A stretch of DNA of 64,000 nt from Macrostomum hystrix (taxonomy: Eukaryota; Animalia; Platyhelminthes). The stretch is taken from assembly GCA_950097015.1 (NCBI GenBank), contig CATNEN010000038.1, positions 15,252,001 to 15,316,000 on the forward strand, given 5' to 3'. The notes beneath the pieces were generated by a model. The model was given only the letters and a program-made list of their open reading frames with translations. It was not told the origin of the DNA and searched no databases. Below, in pieces: positions 13,400 through 26,120 of this stretch (positions within the stretch are counted from its first letter, which is position 1; each line of letters begins with the position of its first letter). Both the position numbers and the translations under genes were made by a program.

Positions 13400-13670
13400 T
13401 AAGATGAGATTCAGGTTCAAGGTCGAGAGTTCGATTCCCTACTTAAACTGGAAAAAATTGTGCCCTTTGGCAAGATACTTATAGGGCACAATATCCTATA
13501 GTGCTTCAGTTCACTCAGCTGTTAAATTGGTACCAGCATTTAGCCGGGGTAATTGAGGGTGGGTGTGGCGTACCCCAGCCCAGTCCATGGACTGAACAGC
13601 CGTGTGCAGCCAACAGCACAGCCGCGGTTATTGCGCGGCGCATCTGGCCCGGTTAGGGTAGGTGTTGCTA
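13400..13670 (+). mobile_element. tRNA-derived SINE family B (CORE-like)
   Basis: B box GTTCGATTCC, then TTGTGCCCTTTGGCAAGATACTT..GTGCTTCAGTTCACTCAGCTGTTAAATTGG resembling the MIR/CORE domain; shared CAGTCCATGGACTG. Confidence 0.8.
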
Positions 13671-14485
13671 GTTGAGATTTATATGACTTTAGGAGTGAGA
13701 ATATATGAGATTCTGGTAGAGACTGGCGAAATTATTTCTAAGCATTGGTGGGACAATGGCTGAGACTGAGTGAGAAAATTTGCCCTGAAAGAGAACTGAC
13801 AAGACGAATATTGTTCGCTCATTTGTAAAACAAATTGTGAAAAAAAATGAAAACAGTCTTTAAACAAATTTTATAGCATGAACGCAATGAAACATTGTAG
13901 GGCATAAGTTGTTGTTATATTGTCTCGCTTTCAATGCAGACATAAAAAACTATAATTAAGTTACAACTACACTTCGGTTAAATATGAATTAGTAATTGTA
14001 AAATCAAAACGTTATTCATTAACGTTATAAACGAAATAAATTCTAGACACTTCTACAACTGTTAAGCTATACACTTATCCCATTGAAAAGTATACAGGTG
14101 AGAATAAAAGACATTTTATTTGATAAGCTTAGAACAGAGAAAATCTTGTATATTATTAGCCATGTAGCTCTGAATATAGTAACTAGAGAGAAAGATACCC
14201 CGAGAATAGTCTATGGCAAAAAGCCATTCTCTGGACTGGAGCAACAGCTGTTCAACATAGACTGTCCAAGCCTAACGTCCATAGATTCCTGGATGACTGG
14301 ATGTCCCACAAATACACTGGCCAGATAGGCAATTCTGACGCTCTACTGAAAGATTGTATGCCAGAATTTTTTGGGGTTACAGCCAATTGAGCTCCCTTTC
14401 TGCATTCAGAGCTCCTAGCATTTACATACACGAGTCGTATCTATACTGCGTAGAAAGCCATTCAGCCTGTAGCGCCGAGAATAGT

Positions 14486-17400
14486 CTATGGCAAAAAGCC
14501 ACTCTCGGGACTGGAGGGACAGCTGTTCAACATAGGCGGTCCAGCTGACGCTTCTGAGTCGCATCTTTCCAGCTTCCGCTGGCTGTAATCAGCGTCCATC
14601 GGTGCTGCTTCATCAGTGACGTCATCGGCTGCGACCTCTGCCGAGACGTCGGGATGTTCAACGCCGGCAGATGAGGAGCTTCCGCCGTTAGCATTGCCGC
14701 CGCTGCCACTTCCGTTGAGTATCTCGCGCTCCTTGGAGTTGCGCCATTTCATGCGCCGATTTTGAAACCAGATTTTCACCTGCCGGTGTGGTAAAGTTGG
14801 TATAGAATTAACAATAGAGTACACTGAATCTAATTAAAAATAAAACCTTCGAGTACATTCCTCAACCAGCTAGGACCACATAAAAAAGCAAACCTGAAAT
14901 TTAAGCACGGAGAAAACCTCTATCTTCCCTCTCCTTACTCCACTCCCTCCTATCTCTCCTCTCTTCTCTCCTACCTTTCCTCTTTCCTCATAATAAAAAT
15001 AATAGTAACTGCCTATTAATTGCAGGAGGGCTGTGGGCAATGGCACATCATTTGGTGACACTAGACCCGCAGCCAGCGAGGAGGCAATTCTGCCCATTTC
15101 GCTGACTCCTGAGCACACACGCACACAGATACTGTACGCAGACACACGCTCACACAGGTGTACATCTGCCCTGACTTTCTCATCGTCAGGCAGTGTACAC
15201 TTCACTGTGCCTTGGAGGTTGGCCCTCAAGGTCGTAAATTGCACGACAAGCCCCCAAGTCTTCTCTCCGCGGCTGCGCCCCAAATGAATGTAATGTGTCC
15301 TCGCCACGGAATCGAGCTCAGGGACCTTGGTGCGAGAGGCAAACGCGTTAGACGGTTCTGCCACTCAATCCCTTCCATCTCCCCTCCCTTCTCTCCTACT
15401 TCCCTCTCCCCTATCTCCCCTCCATTCTCTCCTACTTCCCTCTCCCCTATCTCCCATCCCTTCTCTCCTACCTCCTCGCTCTAATCTTTTCTGTTAGTTT
15501 CTGTCTTTTGAGAGATCGGGTCGAGACCATATAGCTCATCAAAGCCAAATACAACACCGATTTCACAAAATTGAGATATGAGTTTCATTTTTGGATTCAA
15601 TTAGTTCAGTTCGCTAGCATGAATATTTCAAACATGCGTGCATGAAATGAGTGTTGGATTGCACCGCGTCCATGTAGACAGACACTGATCACTTTTCTGC
15701 AGTCTATCACAATACTCACTCACCCTGGGGAGCCATCACAGGCATATGAATGTCCAGCGATAGCCTCATTTTAAACTCATTCGCTGAGTTTTGTTCTCCC
15801 CCATGTATATCCTGATGAGTGATAGTGCTCAAATTTGGTCTCAAGTTGTGCCAAAAATGAATGCGAAAATATGCGCTTATTTTTGGGTCCGTCCTATAGC
15901 TGGCATGCCATAGGCCAGCTTGCTAAAAAATTCATACCTTTTTACCACATCTCATTCGAATAAAACCGAATGAGTGCCAAATTGTACCCATACGATATCA
16001 GAATATTCAGATACTCGAATATCAGAGGGATTTTATGCCTTTTTGTCAAGTTATTTTGCTTTCAACGATACAATTTGAGTTCTCAATTGGGATGACAGGA
16101 AAATCAATGAGAGTTAGCGATAGAAAGAACACAGAAGTATGTCAACTAGAGAAAGTGATATATTTTTCTGTATCTCCCAAAATATTTAACCAATCACCAT
16201 GAAATTCCAGAACAGTTACTAAAATACCCAGTTCTATCCGATTAAACATTTTCCAGAATGGCATCGTCGAGATATTCAACGATTTTCGTTGGGGTGTCTG
16301 GTGGCAAAAACCACCAATTGAAATACCCTATTGGTCTTTCCCCGGGGGGAAATAGTGCGTTCTTCCATTGTTAAGCGCTCACCTGGGAGTCTTTCAGCCC
16401 CAGCTTGTCGGCTAGTCTCTTCCTGTCGGGCTTGCTGATGTACTTCTGCCGTTGGAACACTTTCTCGAGGCCGCGCCGCTGGCAGTCGCTGAATACCGCG
16501 CGCCGGAGCATGCCGCGTCGGGGTTTTCCGCGAAACGCAGCCACAGAAGCGAACGCTGCCGCCTGATGCTGGTGATGCTGGTGATGCTGTAGCAGGTCCA
16601 GGTGGTGAGGCCCAGGTAAAAACAGACCGCCAAGCAGCAGCTGATGGTGCTGATTTGGCAGGTAGGAGGCTGCGGCGGCTGCCGCGCCGGCTGCCGCAGC
16701 TGCTGACGTGGCCGGATGTGCGGTCGTTGGCGTTGCTAGGTTCGAGGATTGTACGGCTGCTGAGACTGTTAAGGTATATTGGGCCAAAGTAGAGATCGTT
16801 GTCCTCTCATATCGTGACACAAACCGCAGTTGCCCACTAAGATAGATTGAGTAATATAATAATAATAATAATTGCAGGAGGGCTGCGGGCAGTGGCACAT
16901 CATGTGGTGACACTAGACCCGCAGCCGGCGAGGCGGCAATTCTGCCCACACACGCACACAGATACTGTACACAGGCATACGCTCACACAGGTGTGTACAT
17001 CTGCCCTGACTTTCTCATCGCCAGGCAGTGTACACTCGCACCTGTGCCTTGGAGGTTGGCCTTCGAGGGCGTAAATTGCACTGGTGAATTGGTACCCGTT
17101 TTGCAGATGGATGAACGGAAGCAACCGATTGTTTGCAATAAATCCGTCCTTTAACTAACCTTAGCTGTTTAGCAGCAGTTTAATTTAGTTACTAGCTAAT
17201 TATAACACCCCTGATTAATGCTCAGAAAGCAATTGCATAATTGTGCAATTTATTATCTGAGTGGAGATTTAATTGTTTCTCCAGTCGTTAACAGCCCCAC
17301 CTCAGTGCAATGTTGTATTCGTTTGCGAGCAGCCAGTGTGACAGCTTCATAAAAATGAGCAGTGGCATGCATTTAGGGTCAGATGGGTATTATAAGAGTA

Positions 17401-19326
17401 TCTGAGTGAGGGATGATACAGCTACAGCACCCTCAACTGCCAACTGGAGTCCATTCACGCGGAGTTCATGAGCATGGCGTAATTATTATCACGCTGACAG
17501 CAATTAACCTGATAAGTGGCAGCCAGTACGGGCTTAAACTACTTCGTTTCATTGTTTAGCTTCTTGGAATGCTCAATTCAATTTCGCTTGTCACGATATT
17601 TACAAGCTGCAATGCAGTAGATGTCATTCATCATTATGGTTTAAAGGTAAATGGGGTAGTTTCTGAAAGGTAGAGTAGGGTAGCTTCTGAATGGTAGAGT
17701 GGGGTAGCTTCTGAAGGGTAGAGTAGGGTAGCTTCTGAATGGTAGAGTGGGGTAGCTTCTGAAGGGTAGAGTGGGGTAGCTTCTGAATGGTAGAGTGGAG
17801 CAGCTTCTGAATGGTAGAGAGTGGAGTAGCTTCTGAATGGTAGAGTGGAGTAGCTTCTGAATGGTAGAGTGGAGCAGCTTCTGAATGGTAGAGAGTGGAG
17901 TAGCTTCTGAATGGTAGAGTGGAGTAGCTTCTGAATGGTAGAGTGGAGCAGCTTCTGAATGGTAGAGAGTGGAGTAGCTTCTGAATGGTAGAGTGGAGCA
18001 GCTTCTGAATGGTAGAGTGGAGTAGCTTCTGAATGGTAGAGTGGAGCAGCTTCTGAATGGTAGAGTGGAGCAGCTTCTGAATGGTAGAGTGGAGTAGCTT
18101 CTGAATGGTAGAGTGGAGCAGCTTCTGAATGGTAGAGTGGAGCAGCTTCTGAATGGTAGAGTGGAGTAGCTTCTGAATGGTAGAGTGGAGTAGCTTCTGA
18201 ATGGTAGAGTGGAGCAGCTTCTGAATGGTAGAGTGGGGTAGCTTCTGAATGGTAGAGTGGAGTAGCTTCTGAATGGTAGAGTGGAGCAGCTTCTGAATGG
18301 TAGAGTGGGGTAGCTTCTGAATGGTTGGTTAGCCAGCAGTTAGCCAGCAGTTTCCAAGAAGTAAGAGGGGCAGTGTCCAAGTTGCCAAGAATTTTTTCTG
18401 TTGGCTGGAAAATATTGAGTCTATAAAGGAACCGTTGTATAGTTTTGATTTATAGGTTAATTACAAGTTTTTTGTCAAGTTGTCCTTGTAAAATAATTCT
18501 ACCGAACTTCTGAATAAGTTTTTTGCGTAATAGTAGGTTTCAGGCGTTAAAAATTAGCAGCCATTACAGAAATGATAATTTTAACATCCCGGATTGCGTT
18601 CTTTAGCAAAGAAAAACCTTGTACAGAACTCATTCTGAACATAAAAATCTTGAGACAATAGCTGATTCTTATAGAATTTGAAATCAAAATTGCGGAATGC
18701 TTGAAGTGGCTATCGAGTTTGGACTACCTATTCAATTGTGTTGAGCTCTCATTATATAAGGCCAATTATCTATGCTTTGAGATTCTTAAAATTGGAAATA
18801 ATAACAAATACGAAGTAAGAGGGCCCTCTTCGCATCTATAGATTCGAGACGAGGCTGTTGTGATGCAATAGTGTGCTCAAACAAGTATTGAGTATATGCT
18901 ATAGAATGCAGTGATTGTTTTAGCTATATATAGGTGAATATTATAAACGCTTGTAAAAGCTGCAGTCATTGAGTTTTAGGAGGACACTTAAAGGCGTGTT
19001 GAAAGATAACTGTGCCCTGTAAATGTCTGTAAACTGAAAGTTTTAATTAGCTCGATATGTGTGTGAAGTGCTGACAAGGACTTACTAACTCGCCAAGCAT
19101 ATTAGAGCTAGGACGATTAAGCAATAATACGGAGCTGGGAAAATCCTATTATTATTCTTAATATTCCTCATAGCTTATCTAATACACGCATTGCTTAGTC
19201 ACTTACAGCCTTGTAGTGACTTTTATCCGTATAAATATCTGAATCGTTTCGTATTCGAAACATGTCGGAAACTCACCATGCGGCGGAAAAAATGATGAAC
19301 AAAATTGCAGGTGCGACTCCGCAAGG

Positions 19327-19368
<42 letters not shown>

Positions 19369-20106
19369 ATAAAAACCGCAGCAGCGAATTGCTGCGAAGC
19401 TTCTAACAGCCGGTAGTCGATGAATGATGAAGCTGCTGCAGATACTGACGGATTCTGCTGCTGCTGCTCTTGTCGGAGCAAAACCTCTGACAATGCCACA
19501 GCCTCCTCAGACAGCATGGGGACAGTTGCCAGGGGCAACGAGTTTGCATTGAAAGTTGTCGACTTGTGTGAGCGCAGAGGTGCAGGGGTATCTGAAACGC
19601 AGTTGGTTATAATTGAGATGCTCTGTGAGCTTGCCAACATGCTCAGTGGGTTTGTATTCATGGTGGTTAATCGGCAGTTCAATATTCTCATGTGGTTTGG
19701 TATTCGAAGAATATCTTAGCAGAATAAGCACTATTTAGTAAGATGGGGAAGAGAGAATAAAGTAAGGGTGAGTTTGAGAGTGAGCTTGACAGTGAACTGG
19801 AGAGTGAGCAGGAGAGTGAACTGGAGAGTGAACTGGAGAGTGAGCAAGGGAGTGAGCAGGAGATTGAGCAGGATATTAAGTTGGAGAGTGAGCAGGAGAG
19901 TGAGCAGGAGAGTGAGCAGGAGAGTGAGCAGGAGAGTGAGCAGGAGAGTGAGCAGGAGAGTGAGCAGGAGAGTGAGCAGGAGAGTGAGCAGGAGAGTGAA
20001 CTGGAGAGTGAGCAGGACATCTCACTTACCGGCTTCTGCATCAATGCAGCCGAGAATAGCAGAGACCCCGAATTTCAACTGCGGCTTGGGCTGCTGCTGT
20101 TGTTGC

Positions 20107-20159
<53 letters not shown>

Positions 20160-20249
20160 GCTCTGCGCTTTTGGACTCTTGACAGCATTAAAATTGGCAG
20201 CCGCGAATTGAATTTGTTGCAGCTGATGCTTTAATCCATTGCTATCCAT
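14486..20249 (-). CDS. Dbx: Dbx (developing brain homeobox) transcription factor, 4 exons
   Basis: Exons 20249-20030, 19714-19277, 16765-16383, 14779-14486 splice in frame. Motif LKFGVSAIL; homeodomain KPRRGMLRRAVFSDCQRRGLEKVFQRQKYISKPDRKRLADKLGLKDSQ|VKIWFQNRRMKWRNSKE is characteristic of Dbx; polyQ tracts. Confidence 0.95.
14990..15364 (-). mobile_element. SINE family A, full length
   Basis: Reverse complement of the 6388 copy, in Dbx intron 3. Confidence 0.88.
16165..16315. mobile_element. MITE-like dispersed repeat, copy 3
   Basis: Same blocks, in Dbx intron 3. Confidence 0.65.
16855..17125 (-). mobile_element. SINE A body joined to a SINE B core fragment
   Basis: 16855-17082 matches family A; 17090-17125 matches the family B core (GGTACCC...GAACGGAAGCA). 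Confidence 0.75.
17650..18325. repeat. 24-bp minisatellite (GTAGCTTCTGAATGGTAGAGTGGA), Dbx intron 2
   Basis: Direct periodicity. Confidence 0.96.
19768..20017. repeat. 12-bp minisatellite (GAGAGTGAGCAG) filling most of Dbx intron 1
   Basis: Direct periodicity. Confidence 0.95.
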
Positions 20250-20554
20250 TGTTTTTATTAATTTTTGAAACGATATGTTAGCGCTTTTTGAACACGAATT
20301 AGTTTTGTGATGATCTGAGAATCTGAGAATTGTCTCCAAGTAGCAAAGCTTTGGAGCCAGCCAGTTTGGGTATAGATATTTCATTACAGAAATTCAGCGG
20401 ACGGCTCTGATTGGCTGCGGTTTCGGGGTGGCCTGGATGAGGGCCGCGCAGCAAATTATAGAACCCTGACATTGTGGGCCTCCTAAATTGACACTGGACA
20501 TTGACACTCTTAATTAATTGCGACTAGGAGAATTTTTTCTTTTGTTTACCACAT

Positions 20555-20775
20555 TTCTTGAAGGTCTGGGGTTCGATTCCCGACTCCCCTGAAACAACTC
20601 ATATTTTTAGAAAGACACTCAAACCTACGTTACTTTAGTTCATCCGGCTGTTAAATGGACATGCAAGCATTAGCTGGGGTAATTGACGGTGGGTGTCCAT
20701 GGACTAAGCAGCCGTACACAGACTTCATATGCGCCGCGTGTTAGCAGCGGCTGTGCTGTCTGCTACTCAACTGGC
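20555..20775 (+). mobile_element. SINE family B copy upstream of Dbx
   Basis: GGGTTCGATTCCCGACTCC, core remnant and GTCCATGGACT..CAGCCGTAC segment. Confidence 0.75.
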
Positions 20776-21549
20776 AAAAAAACTATTTCTCGCTGGGGAC
20801 TTTTTGGGGTCTAGTAATTTGAAAAATATTTTTTGGTAAATGACTTTAAAGAGGTAAAAGAGCGGATACAAAGTTTCTACAGGTATGCTGGCTTTGCTAT
20901 ATATTTCATTTGATTTAAACTTGTTAAAATTCCTTATACGATTGACGACACTCAAAAGTAGATTTTTCTTTCTGTATAATGTGCAGTTTAACAAAATGTT
21001 TGCGAAACGAATTGGGTACAGAAAATTAAATACTAAGAGTAAATATCTATAGGTGAGCGTGTTGTATTTTTTGTATTTTGATCGCAATTTATATAGGAAA
21101 TTGAACAAATAGTTATAAGCAGTAGGTTTAGTTAACAGGCTAATAGGCATTATAGCCCAGAAAAACGTAATAATATCAATAGTAGTAATATATAAAAATG
21201 TATCAATAGCGACAAGAAAGAATCATTCCTACCTGGTTCGCTACACTTCGGGTCCATGGCAGGAAAAGAAGCTTCACAGTTTGTCACCACTACAAAAATA
21301 CGGCAAGATTATTGAATTACTCTTTATAATCTGGTGTAATTTAACGAATAGGAAGTGTTGTAGTCTAGTGGAATAGTGATTGATGCGATATGTTTTATAG
21401 TTAAACGGTATTTGTCACCGTCATTTTCGGCCTTCTAAAGTTGGACAGATTTAACAAGCATTTTATAATATAATAAAATAAAGAATAAACTATATAACCA
21501 AAACAAAAAAAATTAACACAAGGTGCGGCGATCGTCAAAGTGTGTGCTC

Positions 21550-22530
21550 TAGGTCAGGGAGAGACAGGGAGGGTGAGACAGGAAGGGGCTGAGACAGGGA
21601 GGGTGAGACAGGGAGGGTGAGACAGGGAGGGAGAGACAGCGAGGGTGAGACAGGGAGGGTGAGACAGGAAGGGGCTGAGACAGGGAGGGTAAGACAGGGA
21701 GGGTGAGATAGGGAGGGTGAGACAGGAAGGGGCTGAGACAGGGAGGGTAAGACAGGGAGGGTGAGACAGGGAGGGTAAGACAGGGAGGGTGAGACAGGGA
21801 GGGTGAGACAGGGAGGGTGAGACAGGAAGGGGCTGAGACAGGGAGGGTGAGACAGGGAGGGTGAGACAGGGAGGGAGAGACAGCGAGGGTGAGACAGGGA
21901 GGGTGAGACAGGAAGGGGCTGAGACAGGGAGGGTAAGACAGGGAGGGTGAGACAGGGAGGGTGAGACAGGGAGGGTGAGACAGGAAGGGGCTGAGACAGG
22001 GAGGGTGAGACAGGGAGGGTGAGACAGGGAGGGAGAGACAGCGAGGGTGAGACAGGGAGGGTGAGACAGGGAGGGTAAGACAGGGAGGGTGAGATAGGGA
22101 GGGTGAGACAGGGAGGGTGAGACAGGAAGGGGCTGAGACAGGGAGGGTAAGACAGGGAGGGTGAGACAGGGAGGGTGAGACAGGGAGGGTGAGACAGGGA
22201 GGGTGAGACAGGAAGGGGCTGAGACAGGAAGGGGCTGAGACAGGGAGGGTGAGACAGGGAGGGTGAGACAGGGAGGGTGAGACAGGAAGGGTGAGACAGG
22301 GAGGGTGAGACAGGGAGGGTGAGACAGGGAGGGTGAGACAGGGAGGGGCTGAGACAGGGAGGGTGAGACAGGGAGGGTGAGACAGGGAGGGTGAGACAGG
22401 GAGGGTGAGACAGGGAGGGTGAGACAGCGAGGGTGAGACAGGGAGGGTGAGACAGGGAGGGTGAGACAGGGAGGGTGAGACAGGGAGGGTGAGACAGGGA
22501 GGGTGAGACAGGGAGGGTGAGACAGCGAGG
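21550..22530. repeat. 14-bp G-rich minisatellite (GAGACAGGGAGGGT)
   Basis: Direct periodicity. Confidence 0.96.
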
Positions 22531-23324
22531 GTCACTTTTCTTTCTGGTTGAGACAAGGATCTAGAAGGGAAGGATGTCAAAGTAGATATGAAGCTTAAAA
22601 GCCAATCACCGTTCATACACTAAATGTAACTGAGCAAGAGAGCAAGAATTTTCAAACTTTGTACAGCTAAAAAATGATTTCGTTTATAGAACAGGTCTTT
22701 TGCCTGCCTAAAATAAATATGTAGCGCTTATATTAGCCTATTGGGTGTCAAATTGCTATAATAGGGGTGGGCGTGCTTCCAGCTGCCGCAATGCACAATA
22801 AATATGTTCTGGCGCAGTAGTTATTGTATTTAAGGCAAGGAGTGAATATTAAATAACGACAACACACAAAAGCTGCATATTGCACGTTATACTATGAGTC
22901 GCATGCAGCCTCTCTGACTCTATGGGTATCCCACATTCAGGACAATGCACCAGACACGAGGCAATATATGCACACTTGATGAGGAAAGTGAGTTATGTGA
23001 TATTTGAAAAAGGCACACAAATTTCGGCAGATCTGATAGATCAAATTTCAACTTTCTATAGAGAAATTATAGCGTTGCCGCGCCTGGTATAAATGAAGAA
23101 TGACTGCTATAATGTGTCAAGCGCGATGTTATTAGAATAATATTAGTTTTAGATTGCGGGGAAACAAATTAACACATTTTTGGTTTATTTAACACAGTAA
23201 TATCCGAGATAGGTCTAATGGGCTGCCACTATATATTACTATTTATAAAGCCAGCTTGCTTTACTGTAGCAATCTCGCAATTGTTTATATACTGATACTG
23301 CATTGTGAATGTGAACTCAACTCA

Positions 23325-23735
23325 GCGGGTGAGACAGGAAGGTACTTCGCGGAGGGTAAGACACGGAGAGGTTGAGGCAGGGAGGGTAAGCGGTGGGTAA
23401 GACACGGAGAGGTTGAGGCAGGGAGGGTAAGCGGTGGGTAAGACACGTAGAGGTTGAGGCAGGGAGGGTAAGCGGTGGGTAAGACACGTAGAGGTTGAGG
23501 CAGGGAGGGTAAGCGGTGGGTAAGACACGGAGAGGTTGAGGCAGGGAGGGTAAGCGGTGGGTAAGACACGGAGAGGTTGAGGCAGGGAGGGTAAGCGGTG
23601 GGTAAGACACGGAGAGGTTGAGGCAGGGAGGGTAAGCGGTGGGTAAGACACGGAGAGGTTGAGGCAGGGAGGGTAAGCGGTGGGTAAGACACGGAGAGGT
23701 TGAGGCAGGGAGGGTAAGCGGTGGGTAAGACACGG
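23325..23735. repeat. 41-bp minisatellite (GGTAAGACACGGAGAGGTTGAGGCAGGGAGGGTAAGCGGTG)
   Basis: About 9 near-perfect units. Confidence 0.96.
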
Positions 23736-25754
23736 ATAGGGGTTACAATTAAACTGTGTATGATACGGTTTGTAAGCTAAAAAGCAAAGCGATTGCAAGC
23801 AGTTTGGCGTATAAAACTTTCGCCAGACAGAAGTTTTTCTGAAATTGTCTCCCATTCTGCTGGAAGATTAGATCATGAGGAAAATCAGCAGTTAGTCAGT
23901 CTGATCAACGAGTGCGAAGGCTGTTACGTGTTTGTCTCGGGGGTCCTATCCGAAGTCGACAGCTATAGGAACACATCCCGAAAGTGGGATTAGTTACAAA
24001 ATGCTGGCGGGTTGAGCAATATGAGAGGCCAAGCTCATAAGTCCCTGATAATTCTAGTCAATTAGTGAGTTGAAATTGCCATACCCAATTGAGGGATCAG
24101 GGCACAAGGCTGCAACTATATGGCTCCATAATGACGAGCGAATTAATTGCAATTTCCGACCATTTGTCTTCAAGCAAAAAATATTCCTTCCCAAACACTT
24201 CTTCTCAATAGGGGATCAGATAAGCTAAAATCTGGCAATGCTGTAGACAAGGATTACTCAAGTCTCACTCTGCTCAATCTCCGATCCCTCGTGACCAGTC
24301 TGCGGAGAATAAGTCTTCCGTCACCACTATTTAATAGGAATCCAACTTTAGTCAAGGGGAGAACTATCTCTCTAATTTGTTGGTCGCTATTAGCTAAACT
24401 AAAAAACTAGCTGTCGTTTCTTGGATACCGTATGGTCAAAACTGGGATAAATGGGTACGAGCGTAAATTGACGTAGGAAAATAAATTATTAATTCAGCAG
24501 AAATCTAATTCAGATTGATGGGTTGGCAGCTTAGGGGCAGACAGGTGAGAGGCAGACAGTAAAGAGGTAGACAGGATAGAGGTAAACAGGTGCGAGGTAG
24601 ACAGGGTAGAGGTAGACAAGAGAGGGGTGAAGGCGAGAGGAAAACAGCGATGAGAGAAGTATACAGAAGAGACAGGAAGGTAGACATAGTTGAATACATA
24701 ATAGAGGTATATAGAGGTGAGAGAAAGGTAGAAAGAGGTGACGGAAAGGAGGTAGACAAATGCACTGAAATAAGCGGGCTAAATATTGATAAAATTCGTA
24801 CTTCGGAATTGAGAGCACATTATTAGAAATTAAAAGATAAGTATGACCTCCTTAAATGATTTTGAGTTTTCACTGGCACTACATTACATGTTTTTACTCT
24901 AATGTCAACCACATGTACGAGTAGTGTATTCAAATTAGTCACCGAAAAGCTAAACAATTTAGTAATTATAAATTATCGGCGAACATCAAAAGCATCTTGA
25001 GAGCGCCTCTATATATAAAGATTAATGGAACTGAAAACTTTGGCAAGCTCACGTTTGCACATACGCGCACACATTGGATCTTAATGGAATTATGCACGCC
25101 AAAGGCATTCAGACCACAAAAGCTTATATATATTTGTCTTTCAGCTTAATAAACGCCTCAATGTCATCTCAATAAATACAGGTATACAGGCGGCGCGGGC
25201 ACAGAGCCGCAAGTTGAAAGGCATCAACTATAGTATAGCTTAATATAGGCTTGTCTATTATTCTTAGAGTAGATTTTGACAGTTCCAGTGAGAGGACTCC
25301 ATTTTTTCTTTTCTATTTGAAATTCGGCATCTAAGGACCCGACAATCGTCTGTCTGCTGTTGGTGTGTGCGCGCCTGTGTGTGTGTGTACCTTTGGGGTT
25401 TCGCCAATGTCGGGCGGCACCTTTGAACATAATTTGCGATGATTTAATGACAATGACACAGCTAGAATGCTCTTATCCACTTGTCTGCAGGCTTTTCAGG
25501 TTGTCAATTTGAGCCGAAGATAAGAAAAACAATACATAGCCCAGCATCTTATAGATGCGCTAGTGAAGCTCATTGTAGCACTTAAAAAATTAATTAATCT
25601 GCAATAGGTGTCATGATAAGGTGCGCACAGTATTGTGTCTGAATAGGACACATACTCGTACTTTGAGGTCGCACTATGAAGCGTTCATTAAAAAGTTTGA
25701 TCTTTACTCTTATCTCGGCAGTTGTAACTTAAGCCCCTAAACTTTGAACTTAGT

Positions 25755-26070
25755 GATAATTATTAATAATAATAATAATTGATTACACCTGCCCCATTGG
25801 GCCAGATGTGCAGCCGACAGCACAGCCGCAGCAATTGTGCGGCGCATTTGAAGGCTGCGTACGGCTGTTCAGTCCATGGACTGGGGGGACGTCGCCACAC
25901 CCACCTTCAATTATCTCAGCTGATGCTGGTCATTGCTGGTACCCATTTAACAGCTGGGTAAACGGAAGCAGAGTTAATTGTCTTGCTAAAGGACACAAAT
26001 TGTTCCAGTGGAGTCGGGAATCGAACCCGCGACCTTCAAGTCCTGAGTCCGACGCTCTAACCACTAGGCT
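25755..26070 (-). mobile_element. SINE family B, full length
   Basis: Minus strand AGCCTAGTGGTTAGAGCG..GGTTCGATTCCC head, CORE-like segment, (TTA)n tail. Confidence 0.88.
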
Positions 26071-26120
26071 TTATACACTAGCTTTATCCCATTTTTTCGA
26101 TACCCCAATTAATTTTTATC

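Noticed and set aside
20405-20460. CCAAT/TATA-like motifs upstream of Dbx
   Set aside because: Order is atypical and there is no transcription start evidence.
25995-26070. tRNA genes at A/B-box sequences (also 3452, 13400, 63686)
   Set aside because: No complete cloverleaf recognised; they continue into SINE bodies.
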